A stretch of DNA of 64,000 nucleotides, taken from the IMG/VR virus record IMGVR_UViG_2643221950_000002, positions 56,138-120,137 of that record, one strand, 5' to 3'. How positions within the stretch are numbered: position 1 is the first letter of the stretch; every line of letters begins with the position of its first letter. This DNA is from a virus. Taxonomy: Duplodnaviria; Caudoviricetes. Below are positions 30,483 through 39,890 of this stretch, piece by piece. A program made the translations under genes and the position numbers. The notes beneath the pieces were generated by a model that saw only the letters and a list, made by a program, of their open reading frames with translations, did no database searches and was not told the DNA's origin.

Positions 30483-30848
30483 GTGATTATTATAGCAGAA
30501 GATACAGCTCCTATTGTAGTAATTCCTGATCGTACATCATTTGTTTTTCATGAGAAGTCAGTCTCCCCTTCTGACGGTGAATCATTAGAAGTTAAACACT
30601 ACCAAAAATTAGCCATCAGCATCACTGGGACATCTACTTCAAGAAAAATTTCGTTTGTGGGATTGACGAATGATGATCAGGAAATTGAATTAGGAGGTAC
30701 TCAGTTAAGTGATTACCGAATAGCAACTGGAACAGAAGGAATTAACGAGGCTTGGGAATTCCCGATTTCCCCTTTCAAAAAAGTATTTATTAAATTAGAA
30801 GATGTGACTGATGGAGATGTCTCTGTGTTTGGGGAGGCTTCGACATAA
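30483..30848 (+). CDS. yomS: YomS-like virion protein
   Basis: 121 aa; synteny. Confidence 0.55.
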   Translation: MIIIAEDTAPIVVIPDRTSFVFHEKSVSPSDGESLEVKHYQKLAISITGTSTSRKISFVGLTNDDQEIELGGTQLSDYRIATGTEGINEAWEFPISPFKKVFIKLEDVTDGDVSVFGEAST

Positions 30849-31930
30849 TGCTTGATTCATTAGTAAGAGGGTTGTACAAAAGGCTAGAGAAGCAAATTGC
30901 TAACCTCAAAGACCTCTTTTTAACCAGTGAAGATTCCATGAAGCGTGATGTTGAAATCTTCAAAAGTGATAATGATTCATTTAAGTTGGAAATTAAAAGT
31001 GACTTAGAAACTCATAAGCATGACACTAAAAACCCTCATGCTGTCACAAAAGAGCAAGTTGGACTTGGTGATGTATTGAACATCGAACAAGCCAGCAAGA
31101 CAGAGTTTAATAAACATCAAAACGACTCTGATATCCATGTTGATCAAGATCAAAAAGAACAATGGAATAAAAAAGAAACCATTGAAGGTTCTCAAGAGAA
31201 AGCTGATTTGGCTTTAGTAAATTCTAAAGAATACACAGATGAGCATGAACTGAAAACAAACTTACATACTCAGCCAGGTGAGAAAGACAAATGGAACGGT
31301 TATGAAAGTTTGATAGACATGTTAGCGACAACTTTGGATGCTGCACAAAAATTCAAGTTGACTCAAGATGACGGGAAAGCTCAAAATCTTGCAAACGGAA
31401 CTGATGTATTGACTCTCCCCCCTGGAGTTTACACAGGTCAAAGTTTAACTAATGCCCCTTCTGCAACAGATCCCTTCCTCTTCTTAATCAATTCTAAGGA
31501 CAACTCCAATAAGACTATCTTGGCAATCTCATTGAAAAATAATGAAACATGGCTTTTCACGAGGCTACAAAATGTAAATTCAACTTGGAACAAGCTTGTA
31601 TCCTCTAATGACCTTAATGTGGTTTGGGTTAATACTACTTTAGTAGTCGGGACTACAAACCCGCAATACCCACTAAGACACAGATACATTCCTGTTTCTA
31701 AAACTTTAGAGATACAGGGAACATTCACCGCTCCGCTCGGTGCAACAATTGCCAAGTTATCTTATTTCCCTGTTCAAAACATTGATTTTACAGGTGTTAC
31801 TGTAGGTTCTTATGGGCAAGCACGAATGACACTAACGACAACAGGAGACTTAATCTATTCTGGTTTGTTTTCTAAGGATGATAGCAAAGTTGAAAGAGTG
31901 TCCTTAAATGAAACTATACCACTATCATAA
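30848..31930 (+). CDS. yomR: YomR/XkdV-like fibre or baseplate protein
   Basis: NPHAVTKEQVGLGDV fibre repeat; 360 aa. Confidence 0.7.
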   Translation: MLDSLVRGLYKRLEKQIANLKDLFLTSEDSMKRDVEIFKSDNDSFKLEIKSDLETHKHDTKNPHAVTKEQVGLGDVLNIEQASKTEFNKHQNDSDIHVDQDQKEQWNKKETIEGSQEKADLALVNSKEYTDEHELKTNLHTQPGEKDKWNGYESLIDMLATTLDAAQKFKLTQDDGKAQNLANGTDVLTLPPGVYTGQSLTNAPSATDPFLFLINSKDNSNKTILAISLKNNETWLFTRLQNVNSTWNKLVSSNDLNVVWVNTTLVVGTTNPQYPLRHRYIPVSKTLEIQGTFTAPLGATIAKLSYFPVQNIDFTGVTVGSYGQARMTLTTTGDLIYSGLFSKDDSKVERVSLNETIPLS

Positions 31931-31944
31931 AGAGGGTCACATCT

Positions 31945-32217
31945 ATGAAAACAATATTTTACTATGATGAAAACTTTATTTACTTAAGACAATCTGATTA
32001 CTTTGAAGGAGAAGTTTTGCCAGAAATGAGCACAGATATCGCACCTCCCCAATCACTATATTTAGGTAAATTTTATCCCGAAGAAAAGACATGGAAAGAA
32101 TCAGCTACTCAAGAATACATGGATTCTTTTAAAGTCGAACCTGAGCCATCTGAAATAAGCATGGTTAAACAACAGTTATCTGAACTTTACTATTTTATTG
32201 CGATGGGAGGAATTTAG
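31945..32217 (+). CDS. Fibre assembly protein (YomQ-like)
   Basis: STDIAPP...WKESATQEY motif. Confidence 0.6.
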   Translation: MKTIFYYDENFIYLRQSDYFEGEVLPEMSTDIAPPQSLYLGKFYPEEKTWKESATQEYMDSFKVEPEPSEISMVKQQLSELYYFIAMGGI

Positions 32218-32367
32218 ATGGCAATCGATTGGTATAAAGCAATCAAAGGATTTTACGATGATGGATTGTGGACTAAAGAGATGGTGTATAACACAGTTGC
32301 TGTTGGAAGAATTACGCCTGAACAATATGAACAAATTACTGGGGAGCAGTATACTCCACCACAATAA
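32218..32367 (+). CDS. yomP: XkdX-family protein
   Basis: Not in the track: MAIDWYKAIKGFYDDGLWTKEMVYNTVAVGRITPEQYEQITGEQYTPPQ. Confidence 0.88.
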   Translation: MAIDWYKAIKGFYDDGLWTKEMVYNTVAVGRITPEQYEQITGEQYTPPQ

Positions 32368-32401
32368 AATAAGAATTTTATTGAAAAAAGGAGGATTGCC
32401 A

Positions 32402-32584
32402 TTGAGACTTTTTGATGTATCTGAGGACATTTTACTTTTAAAGGGATTCTGGAAAGAGTCCTTTTGCGGAAAGGTAAGATGGCTTTTCTTTTTGTATCCT
32501 ATGTGTCTATATACAGCAATAATTTTAAAACTCGCTATAACTTTATATTCAATAAAACATAAAATGTTTTTCAAAAAACGCTAA
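32402..32584 (+). CDS. 60-aa membrane protein (moron-like)
   Basis: AAGGAGG RBS and TTG start; one TM; followed by terminator AACACCTC...GAGGTGTT-TTT. Confidence 0.55.
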   Translation: MRLFDVSEDILLLKGFWKESFCGKVRWLFFLYPMCLYTAIILKLAITLYSIKHKMFFKKR

Positions 32585-32632
32585 CACCTCTCCCCTATTT
32601 GAGGTGTTTTTATTTTAATCATAAGGAGAGAT

Positions 32633-33115
32633 ATGATGACAACACAAAAATTAACGCTAGATCATATTAAGGATGGGAATAAAAAGTACGATGAGAAAGT
32701 CAAAGTGCAGTTAGATGATAAGTTCCATGTTCACATCTACCCCAACTTTGATCCAGTTAAGATTACACAAATGATTAAAATGGCTCTAGAAGATGTAGCT
32801 GAAATTGAGTCGAATAAAAAGATTAAACACAAGCTTAATTTCGTTGATCTTTTAAATATTTATACAATCCTCACCTTCAGTGATGTCGCTAATATACCAC
32901 AAGGCATCACTTCTAAAGTTAACTTAATGATTGAATTGGTTAAGTCCCCATACTATAAAATAATCAACGATTCTTTTCCAAAGGAAAGCTTCGAGAGTAT
33001 CGATGAAAAATTACGTTCTATGACAGAAGGTATGATTGCGACTCAAGAAGCACTTGTTGACAAAGCGAACGAAGAAATATTGAAAAAAGTTGAAAAACTA
33101 ACTGCTGAAGCATAA
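32633..33115 (+). CDS. yomO: YomO-like protein
   Basis: 160 aa; synteny. Confidence 0.55.
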   Translation: MMTTQKLTLDHIKDGNKKYDEKVKVQLDDKFHVHIYPNFDPVKITQMIKMALEDVAEIESNKKIKHKLNFVDLLNIYTILTFSDVANIPQGITSKVNLMIELVKSPYYKIINDSFPKESFESIDEKLRSMTEGMIATQEALVDKANEEILKKVEKLTAEA

Positions 33116-33537
33116 TGGCCAAGAATCATAAAGAATTAGCCGTTATGCTTGAAAAAGCAGCTTTAAAAGCCTTGCAGTCTGGCAGTAATACAAAAGAGCT
33201 CTTAGTCAAAACAGGACAAGAGCAAGTTCAAACAGTGGTATATGATTCATATAGTCCAGTGGAATATAACCGAACTGGTGAGTTAAAGGCATCATTTGTT
33301 GTTGCGAATGAATCAAATGGTATTTCGTTAGATAACACAAGAACAGATGAGGGACGAGATGTTGCGACTATTGTTGAGACCGGTGAAGGGTATCAATTCC
33401 CTGACGAATATGGTTATGGCTATGGTGAGCCTCGTCCTTTTATGAGCAACACTGCTGAAAAGCTCAAACACAGTGGTGAATTAGTGGAAGCTGCTATGAA
33501 AGATGTTCGCAAGGCTGGTTATAAGACAATCAAATAG
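33115..33537 (+). CDS. yomN: YomN-like neck/tail component
   Basis: YNRTGEL...PRPFM (HK97 gp10-like pattern). Confidence 0.6.
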   Translation: MAKNHKELAVMLEKAALKALQSGSNTKELLVKTGQEQVQTVVYDSYSPVEYNRTGELKASFVVANESNGISLDNTRTDEGRDVATIVETGEGYQFPDEYGYGYGEPRPFMSNTAEKLKHSGELVEAAMKDVRKAGYKTIK

Positions 33538-33556
33538 CCTGGCGGTGAATTTAATA

Positions 33557-34558
33557 ATGAGCAAAGAAATCGAACAAAACATGCTGCGTAAAAGAGCGCA
33601 AAAGCTACCTGAAGTCACTGATGATATGTGGTCGCAAGTTGATCAGGAACATCAAGACCTGGTTTCAGAATTTCTGGATGCCAACTCGTTCAGAGACAAA
33701 ACTAAAAAACAGTACCATTCTACACTTCGTCAATTTTTCTGGTGGGTGCACACATCATTAAACGGAAAGAAACTATACAAGATCACTAAAAGAGATTTTA
33801 TACGATATCAGAGCTTCTTGAAAAATCGTGGAATGTCTTCAAGTGGCATTGCTCTAAAAAAAGCTTCAGTATCTTCCCTCAACAATTATCTTGAAAATGT
33901 AGTTGCGGAAGATGATCCAAACTACAAAACATTTCGAAACTTCACTCGTGGTCTCCCTGCTATACCTAAAACGGTGACTTATGAAAAAGTTAAAGTGACA
34001 TATGATGATTACAAATTAATGATGGACACACTAGAAGAAGACGAAAACTATCTTGGGATGGCATGGCTGGCCACTGCGTTTAATGTTGGGGGTCGTAGAG
34101 CTGAGCTAGTCCAATTTAAAACAGAGCTATTGGATTATCCTATTAATGAAGATCAATCGTACGTTATGAGTCATAAAGTTTTTGGTAAAGGTAAAGGCGA
34201 AGGAAAAGTACTGGAATACATGGTGAATTTAGAGGCTATAAAATACATGAAGTTATGGCATGAGAAGCGTGGCTATGACCATGAGTATATTTTTACAACG
34301 CAATACGGCGGAGAACCTAAGCAGATTTCAGAGTCCTGGGCGGATTATTTTTGTTCAGATGTTCTGTCAGATATTCTTGGCAGACGTATCAACCCCCACC
34401 TATTCAAAGCCTCTTGCATTACTTATCTTCTCGAAGTTAAAAAAATCAAGTTGGAATTGGTTAGTAAATACATCGCTCATCATGAAGATGTATCAACTAC
34501 AATCAAGCATTACGACTTAAGAAACTTTGAGGAAGAAAAGAATCAAATCTTCGCTTGA
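33557..34558 (+). CDS. yomM: Tyrosine recombinase YomM
   Basis: 333 aa from ATG 33557; GGRRAEL (R), GKG (K), PHLFK (HxxK), HH..TTIKHY (Y). Confidence 0.88.
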   Translation: MSKEIEQNMLRKRAQKLPEVTDDMWSQVDQEHQDLVSEFLDANSFRDKTKKQYHSTLRQFFWWVHTSLNGKKLYKITKRDFIRYQSFLKNRGMSSSGIALKKASVSSLNNYLENVVAEDDPNYKTFRNFTRGLPAIPKTVTYEKVKVTYDDYKLMMDTLEEDENYLGMAWLATAFNVGGRRAELVQFKTELLDYPINEDQSYVMSHKVFGKGKGEGKVLEYMVNLEAIKYMKLWHEKRGYDHEYIFTTQYGGEPKQISESWADYFCSDVLSDILGRRINPHLFKASCITYLLEVKKIKLELVSKYIAHHEDVSTTIKHYDLRNFEEEKNQIFA

Positions 34559-34852
34559 AATCCCTCTTTTATTCAGAATCAAAATCCTTCTTTTGAGGGA
34601 TTTTGCTTATGGTTAAAAATTGCAATGTCTTACGAGAGCCAATTATTATTAAATATATATTTTTAAATTTCTTACTCCGTTTCGTTCAATCGTTATCATT
34701 ACTTAAGATTTGTGTTCCACTTCTGTATGTTAATTGGACATTATTCTTTCTTAATATCAGCTGTTTAAAATTGTTAATTTTTTCATGATCTTGTGTTATC
34801 ATTAGAGTTGATAAAATTGAAATGAATAAACGTTCGAGGTGGATTAGATAAG

Positions 34853-35443
34853 ATGAGTGCAGTTTCAGAGCCAGTATTGGAATTGAAGGTAAAAAAAGAA
34901 CGAGATATGACAATGTATTTTGCAATGCGTGCAGTTGTTGCATTTTGTTTATTTGCAGGGTATTGTTATTCAGTAAAAAAAGATATTGATTATGTTCAAT
35001 TTTTCATTACTACACTATTATTGTTTGCTCCATTTGCATTGGATTACTATCCTCGTCAAAATGACGATAAAGCGGAAATAATTTTACGGAAATGGGGTAT
35101 GCTAATACCAAGCGGTGCAATTATAGGGGTTCTGTTATTGGGGCTTTTTAATGGAGATTCAAACTATTGGTCAAGTAATACTGCAATTTGGTTAAAGGTG
35201 ATTTGTATTGGCGCTGGATTTTTAGTGGCAATACTTGCTTATGTTGACTACAATAATTACAATCGAAGAAGCCAATTTACTCAGATTATGAAACAACACG
35301 CTGTTGAATATATTGAAGAATCGAATGCTGAATCTGCTGAAGCGCGCTTCAAAAGAAATGAGGCTATTAAAAAGGAAGGCCTTAAACGAGTTGTAATTGA
35401 AAGCGGGAAGAAAAGAAAAAAGAAAAAGCCTAATAAGATTTAG
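34853..35443 (+). CDS. Four-TM membrane protein with basic tail
   Basis: 196 aa; hydrophobic segments. Confidence 0.75.
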   Translation: MSAVSEPVLELKVKKERDMTMYFAMRAVVAFCLFAGYCYSVKKDIDYVQFFITTLLLFAPFALDYYPRQNDDKAEIILRKWGMLIPSGAIIGVLLLGLFNGDSNYWSSNTAIWLKVICIGAGFLVAILAYVDYNNYNRRSQFTQIMKQHAVEYIEESNAESAEARFKRNEAIKKEGLKRVVIESGKKRKKKKPNKI

Positions 35444-35465
35444 TAGTTAACTTGGAGGAAGCTAA

Positions 35466-35906
35466 ATGGATTACTTAGTTTTATTACTGATTTTTGTGGG
35501 ATTAATGTATATCACTACCTCATATGCTGCATATCGAGAAATTCGTGAGAAAAATTTAAAAGTGGCATTTAATTGGTACAATGTTTTTTTCTTTTTGATC
35601 ACCCCAGTAAGTGTTAGTATTATTCACTTGAAAATGGCATATCGCTTTTATAGAGAAGGACGAAAAAAAGAAGCGAGATTACTTTTCGCTTTAGCTACTT
35701 TTAAAATTTCTTCAGGCATAGCGATTTATTTAGAGTTCATGGTTCACTCAACCATAGTGGATGCTGTTTATGCAAAAAACCAGAAAAAGATGGCGGTAGC
35801 CAAAGAAGCGAGAAAGGTTTCTAAAGAAACGCTTAAATGGGGTAATTTAAAAGAATCTATAAAAAATCCTTTAGATTATCTTGATGCGGTTTTTAAACCA
35901 GCTTAA
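35466..35906 (+). CDS. Membrane protein
   Basis: 146 aa, GGAGG RBS, about 3 TM; terminator at 35939-35964. Confidence 0.75.
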   Translation: MDYLVLLLIFVGLMYITTSYAAYREIREKNLKVAFNWYNVFFFLITPVSVSIIHLKMAYRFYREGRKKEARLLFALATFKISSGIAIYLEFMVHSTIVDAVYAKNQKKMAVAKEARKVSKETLKWGNLKESIKNPLDYLDAVFKPA

Positions 35907-35974
35907 TCATGAAGAATAAAATATTACTGAGTTCCTCTAACCTCACTTAACGTGGGGTTTTTCTATGCCATCAT

Positions 35975-36001
35975 TTAACAATTCTCCCCTTCTGCCGATA
36001 A
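35975..36001 (+). promoter_or_regulatory. SigD-type promoter
   Basis: TTAA-15bp-GCCGATAA versus consensus TAAA-N15-GCCGATAT. Confidence 0.65.
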
Positions 36002-36021
36002 TTCTGTTGAGGTGGTAAAGG

Positions 36022-36558
36022 ATGATAGGCAAGAAGAAACAAAAAAGAATAGACAATTATAAAATAAAAAAATTTAATCACAAGAACTTTAATAAACACA
36101 CCTTAAAGAGCAGCTTGATAGCAATGAATAAACGTGTATTTGTTGCGTATATAAAATTCCATTTCCCTCTTAACGGGCAGAAAGCAAGAAAGTATCAAGA
36201 TAAATATAAGGTCTTGCAATCTCTTGAGGAAGCTGTATTGATAAATGCTATTTCTAGAACAAAAGCTTTAGAAATAATATACGAAACAAAATATGTCATT
36301 CCATTTGTTGGGGCTTTAATTGCAGTGGTTGTTGTTCCAGCAATAATAGCCTTTGGAGATTCTTTTATAGTTGATTATCCTGTATATAAAAAAGAAATTA
36401 AGTTAGGAGCGGTTGTTGTCGCTTCGTTATGTGCAGTAGCTGTGTCAGTGTTCATTACACACAGCATAAAAAAAGATAAAAATGTTCTTGCTCTGCTTGT
36501 GTCCTTTCGAGAGTTGTTGGAACAGGCTTTAGCAGCAAAGAAGAACGATGAAAAGTGA
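36022..36558 (+). CDS. Two-TM protein, paralog A
   Basis: 178 aa; aligns by eye with 36679..37170. Confidence 0.8.
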   Translation: MIGKKKQKRIDNYKIKKFNHKNFNKHTLKSSLIAMNKRVFVAYIKFHFPLNGQKARKYQDKYKVLQSLEEAVLINAISRTKALEIIYETKYVIPFVGALIAVVVVPAIIAFGDSFIVDYPVYKKEIKLGAVVVASLCAVAVSVFITHSIKKDKNVLALLVSFRELLEQALAAKKNDEK

Positions 36559-36631
36559 CTTCTCGCCCCTCCTTTCTAATTAAAGCAATGCTTATTATGG
36601 AAATTCCAATATAATATAATGAGGATTAAAC

Positions 36632-36658
36632 TCAAAATCGCCCCCTTTTTTCCGATAT
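36632..36658 (+). promoter_or_regulatory. SigD-type promoter
   Basis: TCAA-15bp-TCCGATAT. Confidence 0.65.
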
Positions 36659-36678
36659 TATCCATGAGGTGATTTGGA

Positions 36679-37170
36679 ATGAATTGTGAAAATTGTATGG
36701 GAAAATTCGATAGGGAAACAATGGAAGATGCTTTGTTGAATTGGAACGAGAAGGATTTTATAAAATATTTGAATACACATTTTTCAATTGAAGGTAAATC
36801 GGAAAGTCCAAGAGAAAAAGTAAATGTTCTAAGATCGCTTGATGAAGTAGTCTTAGAAATAGCTTCAGCAAGGATTGATGGTCTTGAAAAAATCTATGAT
36901 GATAAACATATTATATTCTTTATTGGCGCTTTGATAGCAGCTGCTACACCTGCTGTAACTGCTATATTCTTGCCTTTCACTTCGGGAGAAGTTCATCCGA
37001 GTGCCTCAGGAGAAGTCTATCCGAGGATAGCTGCATCCTTCTTTACTCTATGTTCACTAATGTTTTTCAAGACATATTTAGGTAGGGATAAAAATATACT
37101 CGCTGTCCTTGTATCGTTTAGAAAATTACTTGAACAAGCCATGGATAAAAAGAGAGATGAAAGTGATTAA
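36679..37170 (+). CDS. Two-TM protein, paralog B
   Basis: DKNILAVLVSFRKLLEQA versus DKNVLALLVSFRELLEQA in paralog A. Confidence 0.8.
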   Translation: MNCENCMGKFDRETMEDALLNWNEKDFIKYLNTHFSIEGKSESPREKVNVLRSLDEVVLEIASARIDGLEKIYDDKHIIFFIGALIAAATPAVTAIFLPFTSGEVHPSASGEVYPRIAASFFTLCSLMFFKTYLGRDKNILAVLVSFRKLLEQAMDKKRDESD

Positions 37171-37192
37171 CCTCTCCCCTGTTCTCATATTT

Positions 37193-37508
37193 GGGCTCAC
37201 CTCAAACTTATGTCAAATGGTTAGCTTCATGTCTGTCAATTTGACAGGTATTAAAGGGGCTAGTTTTAACCGACTCCCTATCTGTATGATAGGAACACTA
37301 TGCCGGTCACCACTATCATTTAAAATGATGGTATTCAGCTGCCTAAGTTGAAATTAGGGACGTATATAAATCCACTCTCATTTAAAATGATAGTGAGAAA
37401 GTTCACTTTCCGAATACTGTCGTCTTAAACTACTGTATTATATTTAGAGTGAAATAGATTCTGATGTCATTTAAAACGACACCAGCTTCACGATTAAGAA
37501 TGAGTATC
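37193..37508. repeat. Array of divergent ~21-27 bp imperfect palindromes related to a segment of the Bro-N gene
   Basis: TCATTTAAAA(T/C)GA three times plus related palindromes; 37377-37394 is the exact reverse complement of 39351-39368. Confidence 0.8.
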
Positions 37509-37578
37509 CCCTGCCCTGTTCCTCTAGATTGGGTTATCATGGTATACTATAGGAAAAATATACTGGTGGTGGGAATGA

Positions 37579-38208
37579 GTGGGTTGGCTTATTTTTGGAT
37601 TTTTAGCGTTTTGCGGGGTAGGCATTTTCCTAGTCATGAAATCAATAGATCATCAAAATAACAGAAAAAAAGCACTCGATAGCATTGATGACGAAAATTA
37701 TTCCCGAGCTTATACTTCAACTGACGGATCAACCAAAATATTCTTCGATGAAACAAGTGAAAAAGTAAAAATTGGCTACATTTCAATTGACAACTTTAAA
37801 GACAGTAATGTTACTCCCGTCATAAAAACGTATGACTTCAAAGATATAGTTGATGTTGAGGTTAATATAGATGGCAGTACTGTATCAAAAGTGTCTAAAG
37901 GAGATTCGATTTTAGGGGCAACTGTAGGTGGAGCAATCGGAGGCGGAATTGGCGCCATAATTGGAAGTAATAGTGCTTCTAGTAAAACAAGCGATTACAT
38001 CAATTATATTCATTTAAGAATTTGTTTTGAAGACTACGATACACCCTTCTATGATGTTGCTTTTTACAGTGGAGTTGTTTATGATCCTGAATTACCAACA
38101 TCGATTAAAAAATCATCGCCTGAAGCTCAGAAAGCTTTAAAGGAAGCAGAAACTTGGTTTAGATATTTCAAATTAGCTATACGAAACGCAGAAAAAGTCG
38201 CTCATTAA
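37579..38208 (+). CDS. Membrane-anchored protein with glycine zipper
   Basis: N-terminal TM; GATVGGAIGGGIGAIIG. Confidence 0.75.
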   Translation: MGWLIFGFLAFCGVGIFLVMKSIDHQNNRKKALDSIDDENYSRAYTSTDGSTKIFFDETSEKVKIGYISIDNFKDSNVTPVIKTYDFKDIVDVEVNIDGSTVSKVSKGDSILGATVGGAIGGGIGAIIGSNSASSKTSDYINYIHLRICFEDYDTPFYDVAFYSGVVYDPELPTSIKKSSPEAQKALKEAETWFRYFKLAIRNAEKVAH

Positions 38209-38219
38209 TTTTGGGCGAC

Positions 38220-38468
38220 TTAATTTTTTAAGCGGCTTTCTACTTCGAATAGCCTTTTATTTAGCAGGACTGTTTTGTTGTCTACATTTTGAATCTGTTT
38301 TAAATGTGCAGTGATATCTTTCGGTTGGTTTTCTTCCAATCTGTCTAGTTTAACGTTGATTTGATTGAATTCTTTATTCGTATCTTCTCTGAAATCCACA
38401 ATTTCAGATTTAATTGTCTTCAACTCATTTGAAAGTTCATGGATAGCTTGTAAAATTTTGTCCTCCAT
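38220..38468 (-). CDS. Small coiled-coil protein
   Basis: 82 aa; GAGGAGGG RBS; shared hairpin 38195-38221. Confidence 0.7.
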   Translation of the reverse strand: MEDKILQAIHELSNELKTIKSEIVDFREDTNKEFNQINVKLDRLEENQPKDITAHLKQIQNVDNKTVLLNKRLFEVESRLKN

Positions 38469-38516
38469 TTTGTATCACCCCTCCTCTAATTATAACATCA
38501 CTTGCAATACTTTTGC

Positions 38517-38786
38517 TTAGGACTCTTCTTTAACTTCCTCCAAAACAACCACATCTTGAAGATCGCACTCTAAATACTCACATATTTTAATTATTGAGCT
38601 CAATGACACAGGTTCATTTCTAGACAACTTTGAAATAGTGGCTGATGATACATCCACATTATTCCTAAGATCCACCTTCTTTTTCCTTTTTTTCACTAAT
38701 GTAATCTCTAAAGGCATGTAATTTGGTCTTAACTTCAATTTTCCACCCCGTATTCTTTTTTGTGTTCTTATTATACACCAATACAC
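38517..38786 (-). CDS. Cro/C1-type HTH regulator (start probably downstream of 38786)
   Basis: VSSATISKLSRNEPVSLSSIIKICEYLECDLQDVV; divergent from the Bro operon. Confidence 0.8.
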   Translation of the reverse strand: MYWCIIRTQKRIRGGKLKLRPNYMPLEITLVKKRKKKVDLRNNVDVSSATISKLSRNEPVSLSSIIKICEYLECDLQDVVVLEEVKEES

Positions 38787-38968
38787 AAAAAATGTTTAAT
38801 TATAAAACAAAATTTATAAAAAAGTTGTTGACTTGTCTGTTTTTATAATGGTAACCTTTGTTTAGAAACAAAACAAAACAGTCTCTAAACGAAACAAAGA
38901 GGTGATAAAAATAAACTTAAAGAAGCTCAAAATTACCAAGGTATTGTTATTAGTGAGGAGGAAGAGCC

Positions 38969-39205
38969 ATGTCACCTAACAATGTTACTGGGACAATATT
39001 GTTAGAAGTTTCAAAAAATGTTGATTCTAACAAGGAAGAGTTAGCTATATTGGAGTCCTATTACTCTATTTCAGAAGAAAGAGTCCAACTAGACGAACTG
39101 TTGCTTGTGCACAAGAACGGTAAAAAACTAGGAACTGTTAAGGTACATAACGTGAGTATTTCTTGGAATAATTTTAACGGGGGAATGAAAAATGAATCAA
39201 TTTGA
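38969..39205 (+). CDS. Hypothetical protein
   Basis: 78 aa; GAGGAGG RBS. Confidence 0.7.
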   Translation: MSPNNVTGTILLEVSKNVDSNKEELAILESYYSISEERVQLDELLLVHKNGKKLGTVKVHNVSISWNNFNGGMKNESI

Positions 39206-39890
39206 AAGAGCTTTTGATTATAAAGGGAATAATGTAAGAACGTTTATGAGAGATGAAGAAACTTGGTTTGTAGCAAGGGATGTATGTAACATATTAGAAA
39301 TTGGCAATCCGAGTCAAGCGCTGAGCCGTCTTGATGATGATGAAAAGAATACTATCATTTTAAATGAGGGTATTGGGAATCCAAATAAAACAATCGTTAA
39401 TGAACCAGGTCTCTACACATTAATCTTGAGCAGTCGCAAACCTGAAGCGAAACAATTCAAACGTTGGGTGACTCATGACGTACTTCCTGTAATTCGCAAA
39501 AGCGGGATGTATATCTCAGAGGATGCAACCAGAGAGCAGAAACTATTTAACTACGATTTGTTAGAAGAGACTTTTAGAAATTGTGGAATTGAAAATCTGC
39601 ATGAACTTTATAAGGAATGTGTGGAATATTACAAAGAAAATAAGATTCGATTAGATTATAAAAGAAGCTCTAAGCATAGACGAAATGATAAGAAAAAATC
39701 ACTTTCTGATTCTCGAATTGAAATAATGAAAAAGATTGAAAACGTACTTCAAGAACGAGAATTGAATTATAAGCAATCTCTCAATTTTGCCTTTGTATCA
39801 GTTGTATCTGAATTATTAAAGATTATTGCATTGGACATTAAGTCAATAAAACACAACAAAACTAGAGGAAAGCTGGCTCAAGCGAGATGA
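39192..39890 (+). CDS. Bro-N domain antirepressor-like protein
   Basis: WFVARDVCNILE...LDDDEK...VNEPGLYTLILSSRKPEAKQFKRWVTHDVLPVIRKSG. Confidence 0.92.
   Translation: MNQFERAFDYKGNNVRTFMRDEETWFVARDVCNILEIGNPSQALSRLDDDEKNTIILNEGIGNPNKTIVNEPGLYTLILSSRKPEAKQFKRWVTHDVLPVIRKSGMYISEDATREQKLFNYDLLEETFRNCGIENLHELYKECVEYYKENKIRLDYKRSSKHRRNDKKKSLSDSRIEIMKKIENVLQERELNYKQSLNFAFVSVVSELLKIIALDIKSIKHNKTRGKLAQAR

Noticed and set aside
32198-32584. 128-aa ORF
   Set aside because: Its 5' part overlaps the XkdX gene in another frame; only 32402..32584 has an RBS.
33090-33125. Programmed frameshift between yomO and yomN
   Set aside because: The junction is a simple TAATG coupling with no clear slippery heptamer at the stop.
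33557-34558. YomM as the prophage integrase with a nearby att site
   Set aside because: It lies inside the tail module with phage genes on both sides; no host junction is in the window.
37193-37508. CRISPR array
   Set aside because: No constant repeat with regular spacers and no cas genes; the units themselves vary.
37109-37661. Track ORFs 37109..37351 and 37464..37661
   Set aside because: They overlap real genes, lack a good RBS and run through the palindrome array.
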